Of a stretch of 64,000 bases of DNA, positions 53,429 to 64,000 are shown piece after piece. A program made the position numbers and the translations under genes. Position 1 is the stretch's first letter, and each line of letters starts with the position of its first letter. The DNA comes from Takakia lepidozioides (Eukaryota; Plantae; Bryophyta): the NCBI GenBank assembly GCA_030704615.1, contig CM060731.1, forward strand, positions 68,696,001-68,760,000, written 5' to 3'. The notes under the pieces were generated by a model. That model made no database searches and had not been told where the DNA came from. It worked only from the letters and a program-made list of their open reading frames with translations.

Positions 53429-54757
53429 GAGAGACGAAGCTGCAGGTGTAGCTTCCAATTGCTCACGTGGGCCTTGGCTTTAAGGCTTACTTTTTAGGAT
53501 CCTTCATTGTTGTTTCATTGTTCCTGCTCTTTCTCTCACTTCATTTCATTTCTCTCACTCACTCTTGCGCGAAGCCCTCATGCCGTGTGTTGATCTCAAC
53601 TAAAAGCCAAGAGAACTTCTCCAAGAAGTGCGGATTCTAGTTGCAGGGAGATTCGGCACTTGTAAAAATGTTTGCAGGGTCGCTTGTAGAGGGTTTTGTG
53701 AAGGAATTGGTAACAAATGGGGGGAGGCCCTGGAGCAACCGGGAGGCGAGATGAAGTAGTGCTCATCACAGGCTGCTCGGATGGCGGTATAGGCGCTAGT
53801 CTTGCCTTGGCATTTAATGAAGTGTGCTACAGCGTTATGGCGACATCCAAGTCGCTAGATACCATGAAACAACTATTATGGGCGATTAATTTGCGACCGG
53901 TACATCAACCATGAATGCCAGAATGCGCCTGCACAATCTAATTTATCAGAGTGATGAGAACAGTATGCAAACGTCAACAGCGGCTAAAGTTCTAGCGTTT
54001 GAGGTTTGATACTTCTTTACAAGTCTAGCAACAGTTTCACTGCTTTTGAGTGCAATTCCACCCTGCTTTTGTTCGAAATTGAGGGCGATGGACTAAACTA
54101 TGCTCGAAGTTGGCTATCTCGGAATATTGAAGATATGGAGAGTATTCCCACATCTTGCCCATAAAACCGCCACTCATGTCATTCACTGTGTACTCACAAG
54201 GTGAAGCTTTGTCCTTAATTGATCGCCCAAAGCAGAGCTGGATTTCGAAGAATAGAAGGGTGCACTCATTTTTTTGTACTAAACCTACCATCGAAGTTTG
54301 AACCCCTAGGATGAAACCTTTGAAATGATGGATTTCGCAGGTCCACTTTTGTTAATTCAAGCGGTTGTGCCACACATGGCTGCTCAAGGGAAGGGTGTAA
54401 TTGCCAATGTGGGCAGCATTGACGCATGCATTGTTGGTCCTTGGATTGGCATCTACTCCAGCTCGAAAGCAGCTTTCCATTCCTTGAGTGATGCACTTCG
54501 GTAAGTATCTCAAATGTCATGAGAAGAAAGAGTAGGAGTCCGAAATTACTCCCATTCCAACAACAGCATGTCGTCTAACACCAGATCCGTCCTTCCCATC
54601 CTTCCAATGGGGAGAGAGAGAGAAGAGAAGAGACAGAGAGAAAGAAATGAATGAAAAAAGGTTCATAACGTCCACAGAGGGCCACAAGGGATGGGACATG
54701 GAGAGAGAATTTTTAGATGCAGGATTACTGAAATGAAAGGGAGCATGAAGATATCTA
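53429..54757 (+). pseudogene. Partial tandem duplicate of the SDR locus (copy of ~48635-50815)
   Basis: Near-identical upstream sequence and exon 1 start, intron and exon 2. It lacks about 300 bp spanning the exon1/intron1 boundary and is truncated at the gypsy sequence. Confidence 0.9.
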
Positions 54758-54809
54758 AGAGCCATGTTAGGTTGAGAGATAGGGGCAGGAACGAGTTCAG
54801 TTACGATTC

Positions 54810-57800
54810 ATGAGCCGCCTATCGTTAGGGTCAGAGAGCATTGTGCAATTAAGCTCTTACGGAAGTTCTACGATGGAGCGTTCGGATGCTGGTAATTCTC
54901 AACGTAAAGAAAATCAGTTGAATCAACCCTTCTCAAATGCACAGATGGAGGCTTCAGGCGCTCTGATTTGTTCTGAGGTTCAAAAGTTAGCACTAGCAAA
55001 AGAGCGATCTACTACAAAGAGGACCAGGGGAACCTCGCTTGATGAATCACAAGTCGAATCCCAATCTAATGCGAGCTCCATGGAATTGAAGACAAGAAGG
55101 AGCAAGGATGTGACTCGCGAAATCAAGCGAATGGTGAAGCTGCCTAAGTTCGTGGGTAAGACTTATGTCAAGCCAGAAGAGATCCTGTCGTTCTTAGAAA
55201 CACTTGAGGAATTTTTTGAGGATGATTACCCTGAAGAAGCAAAAATTAGAACGGCAACCCTACAACTCCGAGATGCAGCAAAATTGTGGTGGTCTCGTCA
55301 GAAAAAAGAACACCATGAACATGGCAAACCCCCAATTGACACTTGGGAGAAGTTTCGATCAATGTTTATGGCCCACTATCTTCCTGGAGATTACGCTCAT
55401 AAGATGAAGGTTGAACTCTTCACACTGAAACATGAAAGTTCTAATGTGATTGAGTTCAAGATCAAATTCGAAATGCATGCCAGCTATTTTCCAACTCTCA
55501 GTGAGGATGACAGGGTGGATTTTTTTGTGGATGGCCTGAATGACTCTTTGAAATATAAGGTCAAAGCCCACAATCCCCGCACAGAGGTTGAGGCTTATAG
55601 ATTAGCTTGCAATTTTGAATATGAGGTTAAGGCACAGCGAGTGGCATACTTGACTCGTGCAAGGGAGAATAAGAAGAGGATGACATTCTCTCCCAAGATC
55701 ACCCCAACAAGGAAAGGAAATTGGAGGGTCAAAGCACCCTAATAGGACCCAAAAATGATGTCACAAACTGTTTTCCAGCACATATGACGCAATCGATCCA
55801 AATTTAGGATATCGAGTTCAGTATGAAACCACAGACACATTATATAATTGGAAAGCCCTTGAAGTTCTTGTCATGCCCATATAAATTGTTTTGTGATTTG
55901 ACAAGTTTAAGGGGTCCTAAAGGAGTCTTGAGTAGCACAAGGTTCAAATGTCCCAAAATATTGTAGTCCTTTACGACTCATTTTCACACCCATAACATGT
56001 GAAGGTCCTATCAGGGATTTTCATGTGCTTATGTAAGGTATGGAAGAATGCAAAAAGGACAGTAGATCTACAAAACCAGAAAAACCTATTATCATAGGAA
56101 TTTTCTACTACGCGGTATGCATAACTTAGGGCACCAAACTTTGGTATTACTAAACCTCAAAATTTGAACGTAGTTCTTCCACCAAAAATGTTTAGCTACT
56201 GAAAAGGAAGAAGGCCATGTCCTTGAAATGGCTAGAAGGTCCTCCAATTTTGAATTTGAGGCCATTATGAGTTCTTACAAATAGTGTATCACTCATTGTA
56301 AATTGTTTTAAAATTAAAAATTTATCAAATAAACTCCTAAAAATTATACGAGCATCTGCAGCACTGAAGTAGGCATCAAACACACCAAACCCAGCTTGGA
56401 TGTGATGAGGGGAAAACAAATGGTGGCAAACGGAAGTCGAGTTGGTATCGTAAACTCAAAATTAGTGGTGTACGAGCAAAATTGGAGGTGTACAAGAGGG
56501 TGTACGAGCATCCAATGGATGGGGTTGAGGTGCCTACTATCATCTGTTAATTTCATCACGTTTCCATCGCAAAATGTTATGTCCACGCGCCGCGGTGTAA
56601 CGCGTCAGTAGTCAAAATTTAGTTCTTTTCAGGAGTATAAGTGGTACACATGCTTTCACCCTGGAAGAGGTTCAAACCCTACAAAAAGAACGAAAATCAG
56701 GGAAGCCGGAGAACAATTGTTGTAAATCCACTGTTTGTCCATATTTTCCCTCCATTTCTGAATTGTATATGCTACATAATTATTTATTTATTTCACAAAA
56801 CGAAGGGAATGGAAAACTGACTTTTTTATAATATGGAAAATGATCACAGATATTATAGTTCTTCCTCCATCGCTTTCCTATGCTACTATTTATTTCCTTT
56901 ATGTAAATAAGCCTTCTTCCTAGTTTCAGATCATTGTCTCTCATACTACCACCCTTCATCTAGTCTCCTTCCTTGATTCCTATTCTGATCCATGTTCTCT
57001 TGTCATCTCTCCCTTTCGCCTCATTGTCATTTTTCATCCTTGTCATTCAAGAGACAATGCTTTATTTCTTAGATACCAATGGTTCCTTCCTTCTCATTGG
57101 TCACTTTAATTTTCTGTGCCAGTACCTTTTAATTTCCAGGATTCCAATAATTTCTTTGTTTTCCCTCCAAATTCACTCCTTGGAGATTTTACTCCAAATT
57201 CACTCCTTGAAGATTTTAGGATCAATCCCTGACACAACAAAAGTTTTTGGAATGTTTTAAATTATTCTCACACCTCATATTCGCGAGTAGGTCTCAAGTT
57301 CAAAGCCCATATCAATTGGTGTTAATATTCTCTATAGGTCATGCCTTCCCATTAATTGGTTTTAAAAGTCATCTAAAATGAGATTTTAGCACAATGCTGT
57401 AAATTCACTTAACATCCACCGCATCTAAGTCCCAAGGAACAGGAAGAACATCTTAGGAAGGGACTTTGCTTCAATTGTCATAAGCCCGGTCATCGATCAG
57501 CAGATTGTCCTGAACGCCAATTTCGACAGACTGGAGCCTTGGTAGTGGAAGAACCGGTGGAGCCTGTAACTATTATAGATCTCGGAAATTGTTCAAGATC
57601 TGCCACTAGAAATGGTCCCAATATGAGGGTATCAACTGTAGTTGTCGATGGCAGAGTGGCCTACAACCACAATGTTAATCGAGTTCAGGGACAGGTGGCG
57701 GGGAGACCAACAATGTTGTTGATTGACACTGGCAGCACCCACAACATGCTGTCAAAGTCCTTTGCAGACAAGCTGGGATTATCTCAGGAGGAGGTGCAAC

Positions 57801-58156
57801 CATCTCAGATAATGCTACCAAATGGCGGGATGGAGACCACACAACAGCATCTTTCCGTTGTGCCAGTTGTCATGCAAGGAATGCACACGAAGGCAAATTT
57901 TGAAGTCTGGAACGACGCTTGCTACGACTGCGTTCTGGGGATGCAATGGCTCGACACTGTGGATGTGGTGGTGGCTTGCAAGCGTGGGTTGGTGAGTGGT
58001 ACATTACCCTCTGGAAAAATCTTTGAATTAAAAGGTACTCGAGCTCTCCCCAATGTTTCCCTGATGTCTGCTATTCAGATGAAGAGGTGTGCGCGTAAGA
58101 AAAATGGTCAGATTTTTTCCCTGAGTGTGCATGAAAGTCTGTCTGGAATCTGTTGA
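54810..58156 (+). mobile_element. Ty3/gypsy LTR retrotransposon remnant: gag, zinc knuckle and aspartic protease, interrupted by a ~1.7-kb insert; no RT/IN or LTR seen
   Basis: Gag motifs LPKFVG..., A..QLRDAAKLWW, TWEKFRSMF and FVDGLND. Knuckle CFNCHKPGHRSADC at ~57466, protease LIDTGSTH and DCVLGMQWL. Confidence 0.9.
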
Positions 58157-59100
58157 TCACACTAGTTATGAGAAATTCTCCAAGCCATAGCACACCATAA
58201 TTGGAGCAATTGACAATGAGATAGGCCCATCTGAATACCTGAATGTCTGGAAACTTGAACAACAAGTGCAGATCTGTTGGGGGCCAGACCACAACCCCTT
58301 AAGGATATTCAGAGCTAAGGAGGCCGCCATAACTTGATCGTGAACATTAGTTGTTAGAAATTTTTCAAGCCATAGCACATCACAACTGGAGCAATTGCTA
58401 AGGAGATAGGCCCATCTGAGTATCTGAACGTCCGAAAACTTGAACAACAAGTGCAGATCTGTTGGGGGCCAGACCACAACCCCTTAAGAAAATTCAGAGC
58501 TCAGGAGGCCACCATAACTTAATCACACTAGTTGTTAGAAATGTTTCAAGCCATAGCACACCACAACTGGAGCAATTGCCAAGGAGATAGGCCCATCTGA
58601 GTACCTGAACGTCTGAAAACTTGAACAACAAATGCAGATATGTTGGGGGCTAGACCACAACCCCTTAATAAGATTCAGAGCTCAAGAGGCCACCATACCT
58701 TGATCACACTAGTTGTTAGAAATGTTTCAAGCCATAGCACATCACAATTGGAGCAATTGGCAAGAAAAGAGGCCCATTTGAGTACCTGAACATCCGGAAA
58801 CTTGAACAACAAGTGCAGATTTGTTGGGGGCCAGACCACGACCCCTTAAGAAATTCCAAAGCTCTGAAAGCCACCGATATAACACACCACAAATGGAGGA
58901 ATTGGCAATAAGATAGGCTCATCAAAGTAGCTGAATGTCTGGAAACTTGAACAAAAAGTGCAGCTTACTGGGGGCCAGACCACAACCCCTTGAAAATCTT
59001 TATGGCTCTAAAGGCTAGCATATCTTCATCACCCTACTTGCTACAATCCACCAAGCCATAGCACACCCAAATTGGAGAAATTGGCATGAAGATAGGGCAC
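58155..59100. repeat. ~181-bp tandem repeat array, about 5 units
   Basis: caagccatagcac recurs at 58181, 58366, 58547, 58728 and 59052. The fifth unit is internally deleted. Confidence 0.92.
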
Positions 59101-59742
59101 AACAGAAATGAATATTGTGACTCGGTCTAGCTTCACCCCCTGCTGATATGCATTTGCTCACAGGTCTCCAAAGGCTTCATCCCCCATATCCATGTTGTGC
59201 ATGTCATTCAATCATAGCACTCCAGAACACCACATCTCGTTTGCCCATCAAACACTTCTTTTGCATCCACAGTGCTCCCACATTTGGCACACATATCAAC
59301 AAGGGTATTGTTCAGAATGACATCTGGTACTATTCCAGCCTTGACGATGTGACCATGGACCTCTTTTCCCTTTCATGAATATATAAATGGGGCTGAGCCC
59401 TAGAATACAACTTCCTGGCAATGGTGCCCCTAAAGAACCGGCAACAGAAGACCCAAGCCTCGAGCGACCTACTGCAGCAAGAACATGAGAAATGAAGAGG
59501 GTGGGAGCGAGATTGATGGAGAGTTGGAGAGCGCTTGGGCGTGGACTAAGGAGAAGCAGACAATGTGAAAGAAAGATGGGGTAAAGAGGAGGGTGGAGAG
59601 GACGATATTGAGGGTCGTATGAAAAAACTAGGAAGCTGTCAAGCTTCAACCCTCCCCGCATCGATTGCGCGCATGTCTCCAAAGCTGTCGAGCTCAACCC
59701 TCCCCGCATCGCTTGAGCGCAGGTGGTCTCCAAAACTTCCAT
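59095..59742 (-). pseudogene. PLS-PPR remnant interrupted by a short insertion (~59376-59630)
   Basis: The minus strand gives KEVHGHIVKAGIVPDVILNNTLVDMCAKCGSTVDAKEVFD and a broken P motif. Upstream, MEVLET..AMRGG/ALETCAQSMRGGLKLD resembles EALETY.QMMREGVKPD. Confidence 0.75.
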
Positions 59743-60730
59743 CTCGGACCCTAGCTATGCACCTACAAATCATCCCACGACACAAACAAAGAAAAACGAC
59801 CAAGTCCAAGACTCATCGTTCACCACACAACCCCGCAACCCTAAATCCATTTTGAATTATTTTGAACTTTTATTGGATAGTACACTTTTTGTAATGCCAG
59901 TGGTTTGGGGCTCAAATCCTGCTACGTCCTTTTTATATGTGGTACGGTATGTGAATTTCACTTTATTGTAATGAGTCCAATGTTAAAAAAATTTATGAAG
60001 TGATAGTAGAAATCGATAAAGGCAGGCCAAAATGAACTAATTAATATGACCAAATTTAAGATATGCATGTTTGGCTATATCCAGGTCATATGAAACCTGT
60101 TTGACGTAGTTGTGGGGGGAATAGCTTCAGGGCTTACAATGCTACCCACCTACACCTCATTTGGGCTCTTGCAAAAAGTTTATAGATTTTTCCAAAATAT
60201 ATTAGATTATCTATTTTTTTAAATAAAAATAAAATGGAAAGACCTAGGAGGTACAGCTCACAAATCAGGCTTATCTACTAGATGAGACATATAAAAGTTT
60301 GAATGAAATATAAACAACTATTGTCAAGCTTTGTAGTGAGTTCAATTATTTGGAAATTTTGTATTTTTGGAACTGACTTAATTTATTTTCATTCTAAAAT
60401 TCATCGTTGAAGTTTGGACATTGGAGAAAATGCAAATTTTGATGGTCTATGGGCACCCTCTACCTTATCAGATCAGCCCATACCTAGGTCATTAGATAGT
60501 GTCACGGCTCTAAGTGGAGAAGAGCTGGCTATGTTGGCTACCATATTTCAAGCTAGTTTTGTATAACCAAATATTGTTCCAGTTGAGGAAAGTGCTTGAT
60601 TCAGATTCAGAATAAAGTTGATTGTTTGAAACCATCTGTTCAATAGCATCATCTTACAATTATTTGGACACTTGTATGTTTTTTTAAAGTCTGCCACAGG
60701 TGCACAAACCACTTAAACATTTTCATGTAT

Positions 60731-60880
60731 CACTACAAGAGTGGTACCAGTCACTGAGGTGTCTTTAACCACTCACAATCCACCACCGTCCAAGTGATAC
60801 CAATCACTGCAGTGTCTTTAACCACTAACTATGTACCACTGTCCAAGTGGTACTAATCACTGAGGTGTCTTTAACCATCC
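60731..60880 (+). repeat. CACTACAAGA followed by ~53-bp tandem repeats (about 2.6 copies); possible CACTA terminus
   Basis: gtg(g/a)tac.a.tcactg..gtgtctttaacca recurs at 60741, 60794 and 60847. Confidence 0.55.
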
Positions 60881-61929
60881 ATGCCGCAGCAGAAGAGAAA
60901 ACATGGATGGGACTGGGAAGCTTCTCCATTTTTATCTCTCAGCTTACAACTGGTTATCCCTTCATTCTTCCTTTTTCTGTGCAGCTCTCCCCTTTTCCAG
61001 ATTTTCTCTCACCCTTCTCTGACAAACAGATCCCCTGGCCTTGTTGATCTATGCACCCTTTCTACAGGCAATGCAGGTGCAATTGAGACATGATATCCAG
61101 TGGGGCCCTTTGCAGAAATCATCCTTGAAATCACAAGCATACACCACATCCTTCCTTAGTCCTCTCTCCTCACCAAAACAGAGTCCCTCCTTATCTTGAC
61201 TATTTGCAGTAGTAATCAGCTTGTCAGTCAGTAGTTACCCCTTCTTATCTAAGTGTGCACCTCACAAACAAATTAAGACCTTAGCTCACATTCAGGCACC
61301 CATTGACAAGTTTCCAGGGCCCTATACTCTCTTAGTCTGATAACCCAACATCAAACAAGAGAATCGCTACTGCAACTATATGTAAAGCAGGAATAACCAT
61401 CAGATTGTAAAGTATTCACCAAATGCATCCCACTTATACTTGGTGCATGCTGGTGCTGTACCAGACCCTAACTCTTGACAGATAGAGCCCTCATTCCCAA
61501 TCCATGATACTATCCAGCAACTCCCTCTTGTCTCTATCCTACAGCAAGTTCTCTGCAGATCTGATTGCTATTAAAACCTCAATGCAAAGTTGATCCCAGA
61601 CTCATAATGTTGGAACCAGAATATGAAAAGCAAGATCAAGACAACACACTCTGTGACTAAGGGATTGGAGAATTTCCGCTCGGTCAGCATACCAATCTAC
61701 ACTTCCATCACCTCCATTTCTCTCTACATCTCCCTGGTTTGAAGTTCAGACAGTCCCTCCATTCCATTTTTCAAAAATGTATCTTCTCCCTCATGCTAAC
61801 TTGAGAGCATCAACCAGAAATTTCAACGACATCTATCCTAAGTAAGAAGAAGAACGAACATTGCAGGTGTCCAACAAAAGAGATGAAGGGTTTTTCCTGG
61901 ATTAGAGGCTCACCGCTTGAAAGAGGGTA

Positions 61930-62080
61930 TAAGGAGGTGGAACTGACTCTGGAGACCTATGGACAAATGATGTGGGAAGGGGTGCAGTCTGACCAGGTGA
62001 CGTTTGTTTGCATTTGCAGTGCGTGTGCGAGCTTGGCTGCCCTGGAAAAGGGCAAAGAGGTCCATGTTGACATCATGAAA
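61930..62080 (+). pseudogene. PLS-PPR remnant (end of P motif plus L motif); probably resumes degenerately at ~62780-62960
   Basis: Translates to LETYGQMMWEGVQSDQVTFVCICSACASLAALEKGKEVHVDIMK. Confidence 0.85.
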
Positions 62081-62700
62081 CACTACAAGAGATGAGCGTT
62101 TTTAGGACTACGGCTTTGGCGGAGTCATAAAAACTGCACTAGGTAGATGACTACAGAGCGCTGAAATGCGTTGCAGTCATAGTTTTATCACTACATGATG
62201 TTGGATATCACTACATGACTCCGGAAAGTTAGGAAGCTTTGGTCAAACATTGTTGACCACAATGACAGGGATGGTTTATATGACTAGTGTGATATGTTTG
62301 ACTACACGTGGATGACGTTTCATGGAATGTTATGACTCCATGACTGGAGATGGTTTCACAGTTCTAATTATACGACTACATCGCTACACGTGTCATTTCG
62401 AAGGCAAATACACGAATGTATTCATCCATTGGACGAGTTCATCCACAGTATGACATGGCATGTAAACTTATGACTGTTTGACTGCAGATTGATTCATGAC
62501 TCTATATAGATGACTACATCACTACACATGGCATTTTAAAGGCATTTATATGACTTTATTAGTACACGTGTCATTTTGAAGACACATACATGAATGGATC
62601 CATCCATTGGATGTCCATTGGATGAGCTCATCCATCCATGTTTGCCGAAATCCTATCAGCTTAGTACATGTGTTAGTTTCCTATTGGTTTGATATAGCTC
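62081..62700 (+). mobile_element. CACTA/EnSpm transposon terminus with subterminal repeats, inserted in the PPR remnant; right end undefined
   Basis: CACTACAAGA begins exactly where PPR homology stops, followed by many atgact/gactaca(t/c) motifs. No matching 3' TIR was found. Confidence 0.65.
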
Positions 62701-64000
62701 AAGCATTTTGTAGTTACCGTAGAGCACTAAGTCGCATTCTTCATTGAGTCTGTAAAGTGAGAGTCTGCAGAGGATGCCATTTGGAATGTGGAGTTTGCAG
62801 AGAGGGAATGTGCGACAGTATGGCTGAACGACGGGTCGTGTCTTCAAATGCGATGATTGCAGGATAGCATGGTGATCATATCATAGGCGAGAACTGCATC
62901 TACTTGAAGAAATTTGGAACGTTACCTTCATGGACATGTATGGAAGCATCGACGATGCGAATTCGAATGGAGAGTTCAATAGGATTTACAAAGGTTATAT
63001 GGTGTCAGATTGGTAAGTTATAATACGTTTAAATATCTACTGCCAAGTCTACATCTCTTCCATTAGCAGTTATAACCAATCACCATCATGAAGCTACAGG
63101 CCCGATGCTAAATCCCAATCGGAACCTGTATCTTCCTCCCCCTTTTTGTCCTTATTTCGTTGTCAAACCCTTCATTCTATGTGGAAGGTTCCAAAGGGAA
63201 CTTCACATTTCCCCTCATGATCTTGATTTTGGGAATTATTTTCGAATGCAATGCTGTTAGGATATGGGTAGCATTGTCGTCATCACAGGTTGGCTGGTCA
63301 AATAATGGAAGATATTACAAAGGAAAGGTTGAAGCTGGCCGCCAGTATATGTGTTCTCTCTGCGAATTGCCAAACTGACTTCACCAAGAATGTGCAGGGT
63401 CGCAATATCCTCACTAACTTTTAGGTTACTCTCATTTTAAGTGGGTGCAGTGCTGCTTCTAGTATGGGGCTCTTATCACTCAGTACATCATAACGAAATT
63501 GAAGTGCTTATTCTCAGGTAAATCTGTGTCTTTTGGCACTCTAAAGTGAGTTTTTTTTGTTGTCAGGGTTAAAGGCCGTGTTGTAAATTGACTTGGGATT
63601 GGTCCAGGGAATAAATTTCACCACAAACAAGTTGATGGAGGCTGGTGCGGAAATGGTAGAGTCTAATAGAGTCACATGTGGATGTGAAAACAACAGACAA
63701 TTATATGTTGCGGATTTTCTGCATTGGCTTCACAAATAAGCAACCCAACCACATTAAGCGCACTTGCTACGCACAATTTCAAAAATGTTAGACAATTTCT
63801 AGGGCTCTTCGACAAAATGATGCAATTCTTAGAAGTTGAATGGCAGTCTCTGAAAGAAATAGAACCTCAAGTACACCAGCCAATAGTTTTTGGGGATAAT
63901 GAAGGCATTTCAAGTCTCTAATGTCCATTTCTGAGGTTCATGTGTGAGTGGGAAAGAGACAGAGACAGAGACAGAAATTTCCATAGAACATGACGGTTAC

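Noticed and set aside
58155-59100. CRISPR-like array
   Set aside because: The units are contiguous with no unique spacers, and the context is eukaryotic.

Overview
Eukaryotic nuclear DNA from a land plant; the PPR repeat style and gene set suggest a seed-free lineage with heavy organellar RNA editing (inference). Apparently intact genes: NHL-repeat membrane protein, group-3 LEA-like protein, carboxylesterase, 4CxxC glutaredoxin-like protein with an unusual internal repeat tract, U11/U12-31K (ZCRB1), an RFC small subunit, a PLS-E-DYW RNA-editing factor, and a probably 5'-incomplete ML/NPC2-domain gene. Disabled genes: a large PLS-PPR pseudogene plus scattered PPR remnants, an aldo-keto reductase, two tandem SDR copies and a kinase remnant. 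Mobile DNA: an internally inverted LINE, a LINE 3' end nested in an older LINE/SINE tail, an interrupted Ty3/gypsy gag-protease, CACTA ends and a 181-bp tandem array. Most notable: a minor-spliceosome gene head-to-head with a gene carrying a U12-type intron, a DYW editing factor with a readable target code inside a local PPR birth-and-death zone, and the GRX repeat tract. All exon models and family calls were made by eye without database searches. I found no clearly new system, only testable candidates.
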